DNA of 64,000 nt, taken from Gemmatimonadota bacterium. Its GTDB lineage: Bacteria > Gemmatimonadota > Gemmatimonadetes > Palauibacterales > Palauibacteraceae. The notes below the pieces were generated by a model. It was not told where the DNA came from, ran no database searches, and saw nothing but the letters and a program-made list of their open reading frames with translations. A program made the translations under genes and the position numbers. This document shows, one piece after another, positions 1-9,557 of the stretch (position 1 is the first letter of the stretch; the number at the start of each line of letters is the position of its first letter). The DNA lies in assembly GCA_039588275.1 (NCBI GenBank), contig JBDHAC010000007.1, positions 1 to 64,000 of the forward strand, written 5' to 3'.

Positions 1-1456
1 CCGGAATGGGTACCAGGCCGCTCCAGCTCCTCCGGATCGGCGCGATTCCCACAGCCTGCCACCCGATGTTCCCATCACGGTCGGCCCACACCATGTTCTC
101 GCCCGGGATGTGGCTGTAGTTGCACGCGTCCCGGAACTCCTCCCACGTCCGGGACTGGTCCATGCGAAGGCTGGCCAGGTATGGCGCGCCGCCGATTTCC
201 ATCCACGCCGCGCGTACCGCGTACGCCACCCGGTGCTCCGGGTCCTCGTATACCACCGGACCGTGTCTCGTGTACTTGAGCTCGGCGACGTGGGGCGCCT
301 GCCCTTTCACCCTGATCGTGTCCCGGATCACGGTCATGCGCTCCCAGCCGTCACCGTACCGGAAGCGGTCCGGGTCGGCCGCGTCGGTCTCGTATACGTA
401 CAGGTCCTCGCCGTCGGTCTGGAACACCGTCAGGCCCCAGGCGCCGTACTCGTTGTGACCGATGGACACGCCCGGCAGGCTCGGCTCGCCACCGCCGATC
501 ACGTTCCAGCCAGGCCCGATGAGGTGCACCCAGTAGCGCAGCGAGGGCGCGGCCTGCGCCCGGTGGGGGTCGTTGGCCATGAGCGGATAACCGCTCTCGG
601 TGAGCCGGCCGCTCACGACCCAGTTGTTGCTGCCGATGTCCTGCTGCAGATCCCAGGCGGGAGCGGCCGACACGAGGGCCGCGGCCGCCTCGAGCCGCTC
701 GAACGCATCGCGGGAGGCGCGGTGCTCCTGGGCGATGTCTTCCGGGAGGAAGCGCACGGGACCCCGAAAGGCGTCGTAGACGGCCAGGACGTCATCGAAC
801 AGCAGCGACCCGTCGACATCCGGATCCAGCTGCAGGTCGGGGTCGGCGGGGCCGAAGCTTGAGAGCGCCTCGAGCCGTTCCTCTCCGATCAGGGTCACGA
901 CGCGGCCGTAGTCGAGCTCGGCGCCGATGTTGCCGAGGAGCCCCTGGTGCCGGGAGATCACCACCTCCGGCGTCCACCGGCCCGGCCGGATGTCCAGAAG
1001 CTCGAACTCGACCGACAGGAGCGACGGGTCCCGCTCGGTCTCGGCGATGTACGCGTTGATCCCCCGCACGAAGGCTTCGACGATCTCTCGTCCCCGGGGG
1101 TGGTAGTACGCGAGCTCCTCGTCCAGGTCGCGGCGAAACATGAACAGGCGCGTCCCCACGTCGCGCTGCAGCTCTCGCAGTCCCAGGATCTCGGCCACCG
1201 TGCCCGTTGCCTGACGTCGCCACAACTCGAGCTGAAACAGCCTGTCCCGGGCGGCGTTCCAGCCCTGTGCGAAGAACAGATCGGCTTCGGTCTCGGCATA
1301 GATGTGGGAGATGCCCCAGCGGTCGACGATGACCTCGACCGGCTCGACGAGCCCGGGGACCGTGAGCTCGGTCGTCTGGCCGACCGCACCCGCCGACAGC
1401 GCGAGGGCGAGGGGTGCACCGAGCAGGACAGGACGAAGCGCTCTGAACGGTCTCAT
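1..1456 (-). CDS. Penicillin acylase family (Ntn hydrolase) protein, 3' end beyond window start
   Basis: Not in the ORF track (truncated). Manual translation gives MRPFRALRPVLLGAPLALALSAGAVGQ (signal peptide), then VEVIVDRWGISHIYA..DLFFAQG..DRLFQLELWRR, and the catalytic GSNNWVVSG near 610-635. Confidence 0.9.
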   Translation of the reverse strand, partial: MRPFRALRPVLLGAPLALALSAGAVGQTTELTVPGLVEPVEVIVDRWGISHIYAETEADLFFAQGWNAARDRLFQLELWRRQATGTVAEILGLRELQRDVGTRLFMFRRDLDEELAYYHPRGREIVEAFVRGINAYIAETERDPSLLSVEFELLDIRPGRWTPEVVISRHQGLLGNIGAELDYGRVVTLIGEERLEALSSFGPADPDLQLDPDVDGSLLFDDVLAVYDAFRGPVRFLPEDIAQEHRASRDAFERLEAAAALVSAAPAWDLQQDIGSNNWVVSGRLTESGYPLMANDPHRAQAAPSLRYWVHLIGPGWNVIGGGEPSLPGVSIGHNEYGAWGLTVFQTDGEDLYVYETDAADPDRFRYGDGWERMTVIRDTIRVKGQAPHVAELKYTRHGPVVYEDPEHRVAYAVRAAWMEIGGAPYLASLRMDQSRTWEEFRDACNYSHIPGENMVWADRDGNIGWQAVGIAPIRRSWSGLVPIP

Positions 1457-1469
1457 TCTCTCTCTCTTT

Positions 1470-2435
1470 TCATGCCTTCCCATCCTGGCCCACCAGTGCC
1501 TGTCGCATCGTCGCGATCTCTTCGGGACTCACGCGGCAGCAGCCACCCACCCCCGTCGCACCCTCCTGGGTCCACTGCCGGCACGCCCGCCCCCAGTCGA
1601 TAGCCCTGGCGGCACCCACCCAGGACTTGGCCGCCGCGTCATATCCCTCGCCGGAGTTGGGGTAGACGAGCACAGGCTTGTCCGTCGCTTCACACGCTTC
1701 GTGGATCAGCGAGGTGACCAAATCGGGCGAGGTGCAGTTGATGCCGACGCCCACGACCCGTTGTTCCGCGTCGCAGTCCCGCGCCGCATCGGCCAGGTCG
1801 CCCCCATCGCTCACATGGGTCTCGTCGCGGCAGCTAAAGCTGATCCAGGCCCACCTGCCCGGCGTTTCTTTCAGGAGCCGCAACAGCACACGAGCTTCCG
1901 AGCGCGAGGGGATGGTTTCGCAGGCGATCAGATCCGCCTCGCTCTCGGCGAGTGCGAGCCAGCGGTCCCGGTGAAACTCGTACAGCTCGCCCATGCCCAG
2001 GTCGTAGTCGCCCGTGTACTCGGATCCATCGGCCAGGTACGCGCCGTACGGTCCGATGCTCGCCGCGACCAGAGGTCGGAGCCGACCGACCCGGTTCCCG
2101 GACTCGCTCCAGAACTCGTCCCGGGCTTCGACCGCCAATCGGACCGCTTCGGGGAACAGCTCCCGACTATCACTCTCCGACAACCCGCGCTCACGGAAGC
2201 CCGGGATGGTGGCCTGGTACGTAACCGTGGCGATGCAATCGGCGCCGGCATCCAGGAAATCACGGTGTACCTGTCGAATCACGTCAGGCGCTTCGAGGAG
2301 GACCTTGGCCGACCACAGGTCGTCCTTCAGGTCGCAACCACGGGCCTCCAGTGCGGTGGCCAGACCACCATCCAGCAGCATGAACCCCTGGTGGGCGATG
2401 AAGCGCGCGATGGGGTTTTGGATCTCTGACTCCAC
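1470..2435 (-). CDS. mmuM: Homocysteine S-methyltransferase
   Basis: LLDGGLATALE, LWSAKVLL, ASIGPYGAYLADGSEYTG, GINC, YPNSGE, GGCC Zn motifs; GTG start at 2435 with GGAGG RBS. Confidence 0.92.
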   Translation of the reverse strand: MESEIQNPIARFIAHQGFMLLDGGLATALEARGCDLKDDLWSAKVLLEAPDVIRQVHRDFLDAGADCIATVTYQATIPGFRERGLSESDSRELFPEAVRLAVEARDEFWSESGNRVGRLRPLVAASIGPYGAYLADGSEYTGDYDLGMGELYEFHRDRWLALAESEADLIACETIPSRSEARVLLRLLKETPGRWAWISFSCRDETHVSDGGDLADAARDCDAEQRVVGVGINCTSPDLVTSLIHEACEATDKPVLVYPNSGEGYDAAAKSWVGAARAIDWGRACRQWTQEGATGVGGCCRVSPEEIATMRQALVGQDGKA

Positions 2436-2451
2436 GAAATGGGTCCTCCAA

Positions 2452-2526
2452 CGTGCCGGGCACCACCTTGCCGAGCACCACCCTGCCGAGCACCACCGTG
2501 CCGGGCACCACCGTGCCGGGCACTGG
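2452..2526. repeat. 15-bp tandem repeat, about 5 copies (consensus CGTGCCGGGCACCAC)
   Basis: Units cgtgccgggcaccac, cttgccgagcaccac, cctgccgagcaccac, cgtgccgggcaccac, cgtgccgggcactgg; directly upstream of the mmuM RBS. Confidence 0.9.
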
Positions 2527-2677
2527 CCCGAACCAGCTCCGCGAATCCGGCCGGTGATCCACAAACTAGAAGCGTGACGCGGCGGGAAACGAGACCCTAC
2601 CGCCGTCGGCGTCGCCGCTTCACCTTCACGCTGATGCAGGACGCTCCTCCACACCCAACGATTTCGAGAGGAACCCC

Positions 2678-3850
2678 ATGTCGATGGTCCGACGCGACTT
2701 CCTAAAGAACGCGGCCGCCGCGGGTGGCGCGCTCACACTCGCGTTGCCGGCGCGGGGGGCCGCGTCATCCCGGGCCGAACCGTCGCTTGACGGGACCTAC
2801 GCACCGGCTGCGGCCGCTCACCCGCTAGACATCCTGATCCTGGGCGGGACGACGTTCCTGGGCCCGCACCAGATCCGATACGCGCTCGAGCGCGGGCATT
2901 CCATCAGCATCTTCACGCGTGGGCAGACCCGGCCCACCGTGCACCGGGAGCTGTTCGGCGAGGTCGAGCACCTGATCGGCGACCGCAACGACGATCTGAC
3001 GGCCCTCGAAGACAGATCGTGGGACGCGGTGATCGACAACTCGGGCAGGCGGGTGGAGTGGACTCGGGACACGGCCCAGTTACTCGAGGATCGCGTAGAG
3101 ATCTACGTCTATACGTCCTCAACCGGCGTGTATTTGCCGTATCTGGGCGATGACCTGACGGAGGACACCCAACTCGTCCTCGAGGACCCGCCCGAGGTGC
3201 CGGAGGAACGGAGACCGACGTACGGCGTGATGAAGTCGCTCTCCGAGATCGAGGCGCGCACGGCCTTCGGGGACGACCGCGCCATCATCGTACGACCCAC
3301 GTATATCATCGGACCGGCCGACCCGACGAACCGATTCCCGTATTGGCCCGTGCGCCTCCAGCGGGGAGGCGAGGTACTCGTCCCCGGCAAAGGACACGAC
3401 CGCGTCCAGTTCGTAGACGTGCGAGATCTTACCGAGTGGATGATCCGCTTGATCGAGAATCGGACCGCCGGGACCTTCAACGCGGCGGGGCCCGCGTCTC
3501 CCATGGGGATGCACGCGTTCGTGCACGGCGTGCACGCCGCCACCTCGTCCGCTGTTTCGTGGGTGATGGTCCCCGACTACGACTTCCTCGAGGCTCACGA
3601 GGTCCAGTACGCGATCCCGTGGCTCATGCCGGTGGGAGACTACGTCGGCTCGGCCCGCATCAACCACGATAGGGCCGTTGCGAGCGGGCTGACGTTCCGG
3701 CCTCTGGCCCTCACGTCGATGGATACGCTGGAGTGGTGGTTCTCGGACGCGGTGACCGCTGAGCGGCGTCAGGGTCTCCTCGAAGATCCGCGCTCTCTCA
3801 TGCAGCGTGAGGCCCAGATCATCGCGGACTGGAAGGCACGACAGCCCTAG
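2678..3850 (+). CDS. NAD-dependent epimerase/dehydratase (extended SDR) with Tat signal
   Basis: RRDFLK twin-arginine signal; ILILGGTTFLG Rossmann motif; YGVMK (YxxxK); RPTYIIGP; VDVRDL. Confidence 0.88.
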   Translation: MSMVRRDFLKNAAAAGGALTLALPARGAASSRAEPSLDGTYAPAAAAHPLDILILGGTTFLGPHQIRYALERGHSISIFTRGQTRPTVHRELFGEVEHLIGDRNDDLTALEDRSWDAVIDNSGRRVEWTRDTAQLLEDRVEIYVYTSSTGVYLPYLGDDLTEDTQLVLEDPPEVPEERRPTYGVMKSLSEIEARTAFGDDRAIIVRPTYIIGPADPTNRFPYWPVRLQRGGEVLVPGKGHDRVQFVDVRDLTEWMIRLIENRTAGTFNAAGPASPMGMHAFVHGVHAATSSAVSWVMVPDYDFLEAHEVQYAIPWLMPVGDYVGSARINHDRAVASGLTFRPLALTSMDTLEWWFSDAVTAERRQGLLEDPRSLMQREAQIIADWKARQP

Positions 3851-3869
3851 GACGGAGTGAGACCGACCG

Positions 3870-4181
3870 ATGTCGCGAGCGTTCGTCAACGAGGACGCCT
3901 TCGAGGAGGAAGAGCCTCGATATAGCCTGCCGGAGCGGGACTCCCCTCACTTCGACGAGGCGGCGGCCTGGGCGCTGATCGAGGGTGCAAACCTCGGCAA
4001 CACGAGGAGCGCGGAGCTCGCCACGGGCTGCAAGTGGGGCGAGCCGAGGCTCATCTCACACGTGCGCACCATCCTGAATGAGGCGCTCGCGCAGGGGGAC
4101 GACCGCATGGCGAAGCTGGCCCGGAGGTTCCTGCGGAAAGCCGGGGGCGCCCAGGGTCCTTCGATGGACGGAGCTCTCTGA
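3870..4181 (+). CDS. Hypothetical protein
   Basis: Compact 103-aa ORF 19 nt after the previous gene, with GGAG upstream and natural composition; starts MSRAFVNED. Confidence 0.65.
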   Translation: MSRAFVNEDAFEEEEPRYSLPERDSPHFDEAAAWALIEGANLGNTRSAELATGCKWGEPRLISHVRTILNEALAQGDDRMAKLARRFLRKAGGAQGPSMDGAL

Positions 4182-4193
4182 GGTTTGCTCAGC

Positions 4194-4397
4194 TCAGCCC
4201 ACGCAGCCCATCTCCTGCATTCGCTCCCCGAGCTCCTGTAACTCTTCCGCGCGGTCAAGGACCGTCTCCGGGTTCGCCTCTATCTCGCGCCCAATCTCTT
4301 CGAATTCCTCCTGCAGACTCTCGCAAGAATCGCCACCACAGGCGAGGAGCGACACACTCAGACCGAGTACGAGAAAGAGCGAAGGCAAGCGCGACAT
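4194..4397 (-). CDS. Small helical lipoprotein
   Basis: AAGGAGGT RBS; signal peptide with lipobox LLAC; acidic helical mature part with two further Cys. Confidence 0.75.
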   Translation of the reverse strand: MSRLPSLFLVLGLSVSLLACGGDSCESLQEEFEEIGREIEANPETVLDRAEELQELGERMQEMGCVG

Positions 4398-4563
4398 TCG
4401 AACCTCCTTTGTGACCTTGTCGGAACGTGGGACTTGAGGGTGCACTCGATATCCTGCTGCTCGAGGTGATGTGAACCTCAGCCACCTAACGAACGGGCGA
4501 TTCTGCAGCGAACGAGAATGCTGATGGGTCGCTTGGCAGGCAAGCAGAACCCGAGGAGGGGCG

Positions 4564-5877
4564 TCACCTGTCGCCGTTCGGCCGATCGGCGATGGCCAGG
4601 GGCACCGGTTCGAGGGCCGAGAGCTCGCGCATCAAGTCCGCGAACGGTCCGCGCACCCGGAGCCGCGCGAGAACGGCGTGCAGACCCCACTGTAGCCGCT
4701 GCAGCCATACCCACTCCGGCGCAATGGCGATCTTCCGCAGGTTGGGGTTCGTGGGACCCGAGAACTCCATGGCCTCCCGAACGTAGTCGAGCGTGAACTC
4801 GAACTCGTCGCTCCGATACGGGGCATATTGATGACACAGCATGCGCCAATGCAGGTCGAAGTCGTAGCCCCGAGTCTGCGCGACCATCCCCGTGGCCATC
4901 AGCGCATCGTAGAAGTCGCTGGTCCGATTCTCGATCACGACCCTCATCAGCTCCCTCTCCGCCTCAAGAAAGGAGGGGCTGAATCGGCGGGTACACCCGA
5001 AGTCGATGAAGATCACGGGCCCGTTCTCGGGGAACATGTAGTTGCCCGGGTGCGGATCCGCGTTCACGGTCCCGAGCTCGAACAGAGACCGATACGCGAA
5101 CCGTAACAGGACGAGGCCCGCCTCGTTCCGCTCCGCTGCGCTCGCCCGGCTCGCGAACTCGTAGAAGTCGCGCCCCTCGGCCCACCCTGTCGTGATCACG
5201 TTCGTACACGTCCGCTCGCCTATGACCGGCGGGATTTCCACCCGCCCGTCCAGGGCGAACGCACGGCGGAATGCTTCCTGAGCCGCGGCCTCGAGCAGAT
5301 AATCGCACTCCAGACGAACCCGCCCCCTCATCTCATCCGCGATGGCCCGGCCGTCCACCGCCGTGCCGATCGAGACCAGCCGCGAGATTCCCCCTCCCAG
5401 TCTGGCGAAATCCCCGTCGATGCTCTCGACGATCCCCGGATACTGGATCTTCACGGCGACCGGGTCACCCTGGTACCACGCCCGGTGAACCTGACCGATC
5501 GACGCACCGGCCACCGGCTCTCGCTCGAAGCGGTCGAACAGGTCGTCGACGGGCTCGCCGAAGGCCTCCTGCAGGATCTTCTGCACGCGCTCGTACGGCA
5601 GGGTCGTCACCCCCTGCTGGAGGACCCGCAGGGCGGCGTGGGTCTCTTGGGGGAGGATGCCTTCGAAATAGGAGAGGATCTGCCCGACCTTCATGGCCAT
5701 CCCCTTCATGCGGTCCAGCTCGCCGGCCAGGGCCTCGCCGATCAGACCATCCGCGGGTCCTTCTCGCCGCAGGAGTCGGCGGGCCGCGAGGCGGATGCCC
5801 GACCCGGCGACTCGACCGGTCGCGAGCAGGCGTTTCGCCTTCCTCGCACCGATGAGGAGGTCGTCTTTCTCGCTCAC
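4564..5877 (-). CDS. ABC1/AarF/UbiB family atypical kinase
   Basis: MKGMAMKVGQILS, PVAGASIGQVHRA, VAVKIQYPG, ADPHPGN, IDFG; probable GTG start at 5877 (the longer ORF overlaps the next gene). Confidence 0.9.
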   Translation of the reverse strand: MSEKDDLLIGARKAKRLLATGRVAGSGIRLAARRLLRREGPADGLIGEALAGELDRMKGMAMKVGQILSYFEGILPQETHAALRVLQQGVTTLPYERVQKILQEAFGEPVDDLFDRFEREPVAGASIGQVHRAWYQGDPVAVKIQYPGIVESIDGDFARLGGGISRLVSIGTAVDGRAIADEMRGRVRLECDYLLEAAAQEAFRRAFALDGRVEIPPVIGERTCTNVITTGWAEGRDFYEFASRASAAERNEAGLVLLRFAYRSLFELGTVNADPHPGNYMFPENGPVIFIDFGCTRRFSPSFLEAERELMRVVIENRTSDFYDALMATGMVAQTRGYDFDLHWRMLCHQYAPYRSDEFEFTLDYVREAMEFSGPTNPNLRKIAIAPEWVWLQRLQWGLHAVLARLRVRGPFADLMRELSALEPVPLAIADRPNGDR

Positions 5878-5918
5878 GGCCGGCCGTCCCTCATCGAACC
5901 GGCCCGCGGGCCGTGGGC

Positions 5919-7142
5919 TTAATGAGGGTGAGCCTCGTAGTGCTGCCGCAGAAGGTCCTTCCCGTAGTCGTTGCCGTTCGGGGTGCGGACCACCGCGTGG
6001 ATGTGCTGTCGGTTGGGTGACCGGTCCGGGAACAGATGGCGCATGCCGACGGGTCGCTGGTGGTCGAACTCGATGAGGATGACCGGGCTGTGGACGCGGT
6101 AATAGAAGACGGCATCCGGCCCGGTGCCCCCGATCCAGGCGAACCACGTCTCGTCCAGGTGCCGCTCGACCTCCTCCATGCGCACCCGCGCGTGCCCTTC
6201 CCCCATGTTGCCCACGAACAACCCGATCAGCTCGAGCAGCTGTTCTCTTTGCGCCGCTGAGAACGATGAAACGGGTGCGCCGGCGTAGTCGAGGACGATG
6301 TTGTCCTTGAACGCTTCCCCGAGGGTGTTGTTGGCGGTCTTCGAGACCTGGAGGATCGCCCGCTCCCGCTGTGCCTCGGTCAGGGCCCCGATCAGGGCCA
6401 GCCCCGCGGCCTGCTCCTCCTGCAGGATCGCGACACCCTCGTACTTCCCGGTCTCGGCGATCACGGGCTCGGAGCCTACGAACACGGGCGACATCACCAC
6501 CTGGTCGCCGAGGACGAAGTAGTTGATGATCGCGTGGTGGCCATCCAGCTGCCATCCCCACGGTGCGTCATCCGACGGCTCGCCCATGACCGTGATCCAA
6601 TAGAGCCACTCGCCGTACTCCACGAAGTTGTCGTCGTTCAGCTCGCCGAGTGTGTGATTCAGCCGCATGATGTCGCGCGTGAGCCGGAGTCCCTTCGCGC
6701 TCAGCGACGCTCGTAGCAGACCGAAGGCGGCCTCGCGCTGCGCCTCGCTCATCTCGTTGAAGCCGACTCCCTGCCGGACGTAGAAGTGCTGGTTCATCCA
6801 CTTGCGCCACTCCGGATCGTCTACGGAAAAAGTCGTTCGATCCCGCTGTTCGTCCGTCAGTGCCGACAGGAAGGTCGTCGCTGCCCGGCGTAGGGGCTCG
6901 GTGGAGACGCCCGTGGAGCGGATCCCGAACAGCCCCGGAACGACCTCGCCATTCGTCGTCACGCCCAAGAAGGGCTCGGCCAGACCGCGCTCTTCCGCTT
7001 CACTCGACATGCGGCGGAAGCGTTCCATGACGTCCTGCCCGGCGCTCCCGAGCGCGCCGGACCCGAGGGCCGCGAACGCGAGGAGCAGGATCAGGGGGAG
7101 CGTGATGAACGGGAGTACGCGCGGGATCAGACGACGTTTCAT
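5919..7142 (-). CDS. DUF3500 domain-containing secreted protein
   Basis: Signal peptide MKRRLIPR..; WGWQLDGHH, YYRVHSPVILIEFDHQ, HIHAVVRTPNGNDYG. Confidence 0.85.
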   Translation of the reverse strand: MKRRLIPRVLPFITLPLILLLAFAALGSGALGSAGQDVMERFRRMSSEAEERGLAEPFLGVTTNGEVVPGLFGIRSTGVSTEPLRRAATTFLSALTDEQRDRTTFSVDDPEWRKWMNQHFYVRQGVGFNEMSEAQREAAFGLLRASLSAKGLRLTRDIMRLNHTLGELNDDNFVEYGEWLYWITVMGEPSDDAPWGWQLDGHHAIINYFVLGDQVVMSPVFVGSEPVIAETGKYEGVAILQEEQAAGLALIGALTEAQRERAILQVSKTANNTLGEAFKDNIVLDYAGAPVSSFSAAQREQLLELIGLFVGNMGEGHARVRMEEVERHLDETWFAWIGGTGPDAVFYYRVHSPVILIEFDHQRPVGMRHLFPDRSPNRQHIHAVVRTPNGNDYGKDLLRQHYEAHPH

Positions 7143-7296
7143 GTTTCCTGTCCCCTGCACCTCGGGCCTTTCGGTCGTTCGTGCGTGGATCGAGTCGAAT
7201 CGATCGTGGCGAGATGAGCCGCCGGGAGAGGGGAGCACCGCGTTCGCCGGCTCGCGGCAGCGCGGCGGCGTCCCCAATCCCGGTCGTTGGCGTGGA

Positions 7297-7764
7297 CTAC
7301 TTCGCCCGGTTCATGTTGACGCTGAAGATCTCGTCTCTGTGGCCACCCGCGAGGAAGTACTTGACCCACGCGGCCGCCTGCTCGTCGAACTCTTCCCGCT
7401 CCGGCGTCCCCTCTTCGGGGATGTTCTCCGCGGCCCACGTCTGGCACGGCTCGCCGCAGGGCGCCTCCACGGACTCCCAATCGGGATACTCCGTGATCAG
7501 CTTGATGTCCGTCGAGTTGGCGCCGTAGTAATGCGTCGCGACGCGATACGAGAGCACGTTGGGGTTGTTCCTCGCCTGCGGCGCGATCACCCGGTCGATG
7601 AACTGCATCATCTTCTGGCGTTCGTCGCCCTGAGGCGCGCGGAACGTGGTGATCTGGAGCACCCGGATCTCGGGCGCTTGCTCGGCGTCCTGGCCTACGG
7701 CGACGGTCGGTGCCAGCAGGACCAGTGCAACGGCGCTGGCGAGGAGTAGGCGTGCCGCTTTCAT
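7297..7764 (-). CDS. Hypothetical secreted protein
   Basis: GGAGG RBS, Sec signal peptide, globular composition. Confidence 0.75.
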   Translation of the reverse strand: MKAARLLLASAVALVLLAPTVAVGQDAEQAPEIRVLQITTFRAPQGDERQKMMQFIDRVIAPQARNNPNVLSYRVATHYYGANSTDIKLITEYPDWESVEAPCGEPCQTWAAENIPEEGTPEREEFDEQAAAWVKYFLAGGHRDEIFSVNMNRAK

Positions 7765-7852
7765 ACGGACCTCCTTCAGGGGGTGGCAAGGGGCGGATAG
7801 CCGTTGAGGCTACGTCCGAGCCGGCTGCACGGAAAGAGCGCGTGGAGAGGCC

Positions 7853-8785
7853 CTACGCCCCGGGCGCGGGGGCTCCGGGCCGGCGGGGGAGCAACAGCGG
7901 CGTACGGCGCGCGTACTCGACAAAGCCAGGTTTGCTCGCGAGGCGGCGCTCCATCAGTGGGAGACTCACGGCGGCGAAGAGCGCGCTGATCGCCACCGCC
8001 CCGGCCACGGACCAGGCGAAGCTCCCGGGCGAAGCGGCCAGCCCGGCGAGCGCCAACCCCCACCAGAACAGAAGCTCGCCCAGGTAGTTCGGGTGGCGAC
8101 ACCAGGCCCACGGGCCCGTCGTGAGGAGACCTCCTTTCGCGGCGTCGCGGTTCAAGAAGCGCCGCAATTCCCGGTCAGCCGCCCACTCGAGCCAGATCCC
8201 GCCGCCGGCCACGGCGAGCGCGAGCGCCTCCAGGATCACTAGCGGCCCCGCGCCGGAAACGAGGACCAGGTACACAGGCACGCAGCCGAGGAAGACGAGG
8301 ATGGTGGGCAGGAGATGAAACCCGCCCAGGCTTACGAGCCAGTACGCGCGCCCCGCGCTCACCCGATACTCCGCGTATCGCCAATCCTCCTCGGCGAGGC
8401 CTCTCCAACGCCGCGCCCAGTTCGCGGTCAGGCGCATCCCCCACGCGAGCACGAGGGTCATGATCGCCGCGTCTAGGACACTGGGGGCAGCAGCGTCAGC
8501 GAGCGCCCAGTAGAGGACGATCGGGATCGGAGCCAGACTCCAGTACGGGTCGTACACGCTGGAGTTGTTCAGCGCGAAGCTGAATCCGAACACCACCAGC
8601 GTGGCCGTGACATCGGCCGTAGCTGCCACGACGATCGGGTGCGTCGTCCAGCCTGCCGAGCCATCGGCCGCGACCAGGGTGCCGCGGGCGACGAGCCACC
8701 CCGCCAGCAGCGCCATCAGGAACGCGACCGCATACGCCGCCGCTACGCGCACGCGATCGACGCCCAGTCGTCCGGCCTCGCTCAT
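7853..8785 (-). CDS. DUF1295 family membrane protein (steroid 5-alpha-reductase-like clan)
   Basis: NSSVYDPYWS, WGMRLT, EDWRY, WCRHPNYLGE; multiple TM helices. Confidence 0.88.
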   Translation of the reverse strand: MSEAGRLGVDRVRVAAAYAVAFLMALLAGWLVARGTLVAADGSAGWTTHPIVVAATADVTATLVVFGFSFALNNSSVYDPYWSLAPIPIVLYWALADAAAPSVLDAAIMTLVLAWGMRLTANWARRWRGLAEEDWRYAEYRVSAGRAYWLVSLGGFHLLPTILVFLGCVPVYLVLVSGAGPLVILEALALAVAGGGIWLEWAADRELRRFLNRDAAKGGLLTTGPWAWCRHPNYLGELLFWWGLALAGLAASPGSFAWSVAGAVAISALFAAVSLPLMERRLASKPGFVEYARRTPLLLPRRPGAPAPGA

Positions 8786-8798
8786 GGGCTCCCTAACC

Positions 8799-9548
8799 TC
8801 ATAACAACCCGGGTATGAGCGCCTTCCGGCGGGCCGGATAATCGGGGAACCGCTCGAGATACCAGCGATGGTGCGCGAGGGCGCGCGGGATGAGGTTGGC
8901 GGCCGTCCACACGGCGAACGAGACCGCGGGGAGCGACCACGTCAGCAGCGCGAATCCCATCCACTCGACGATCTCGCCCAGGTAGTTGGGGCAAGACACC
9001 CAGCGGTACAGCCCACCCTCGGGAATCCGGTAGCTCGTCTCGCCCGGGCGACGAAGCCCGAGCAGCACCTGGTCCGCGTGCACGTTGACGAGGGCCCCTG
9101 CCATGAAGGTGACCAGGCCCGTGAGAAACCGGGGGTCCGTGAGCCACGCTACCTCGTATGGAGCCGCGATCGCGCCGAAATAGTGGCCGTTCAGGTAACC
9201 GTTCATGCCGTTGAACAGCATCGCCGATCCCATGATCGCGACCGGCATGCGCTTGCCCAGCGTCTTCTGCCGGAGCGGGTAGATCAGGGCACGATTCAGG
9301 TAGTGCGCCCACCACAGCGCCGCGAACAGCCACATCGCCCCGGTCTTGGGCCCGTCGCCCGCCAGAAAGAAGAGGATGAACGCGATCGGGGACACCACCT
9401 CCATCGCGATCCAGCCCACTCGGTGCGGAACCGAAGGGCCCCGGCCCTCGGTCGAGTAGCGGCCGTACGGAGCGCGTACCCCAAGAAGAACGATGAACGA
9501 GAGGACCGCGACGAGGATCCAGCCGTATACCAGCGTCGTGAAGGACAT
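8799..9548 (-). CDS. 3-oxo-5-alpha-steroid 4-dehydrogenase (steroid 5-alpha-reductase) family
   Basis: APYGRY, GWIAME, HYLNRALIYP, YRIPEGGLYRWVSCPNYLGEIVEW, NLIPRALAHHRWY, RKALIP. Confidence 0.92.
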   Translation of the reverse strand: MSFTTLVYGWILVAVLSFIVLLGVRAPYGRYSTEGRGPSVPHRVGWIAMEVVSPIAFILFFLAGDGPKTGAMWLFAALWWAHYLNRALIYPLRQKTLGKRMPVAIMGSAMLFNGMNGYLNGHYFGAIAAPYEVAWLTDPRFLTGLVTFMAGALVNVHADQVLLGLRRPGETSYRIPEGGLYRWVSCPNYLGEIVEWMGFALLTWSLPAVSFAVWTAANLIPRALAHHRWYLERFPDYPARRKALIPGLL

Positions 9549-9557
9549 GCGCCGCGA

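Noticed and set aside
2452..2526. Possible CRISPR array
   Set aside because: The 15-bp units are directly adjacent with no spacers, and there are no cas genes in the window
3870..4181. GreA/GreB family factor suggested by the MSRAFV start
   Set aside because: Too short and lacks the C-terminal Gre domain motifs
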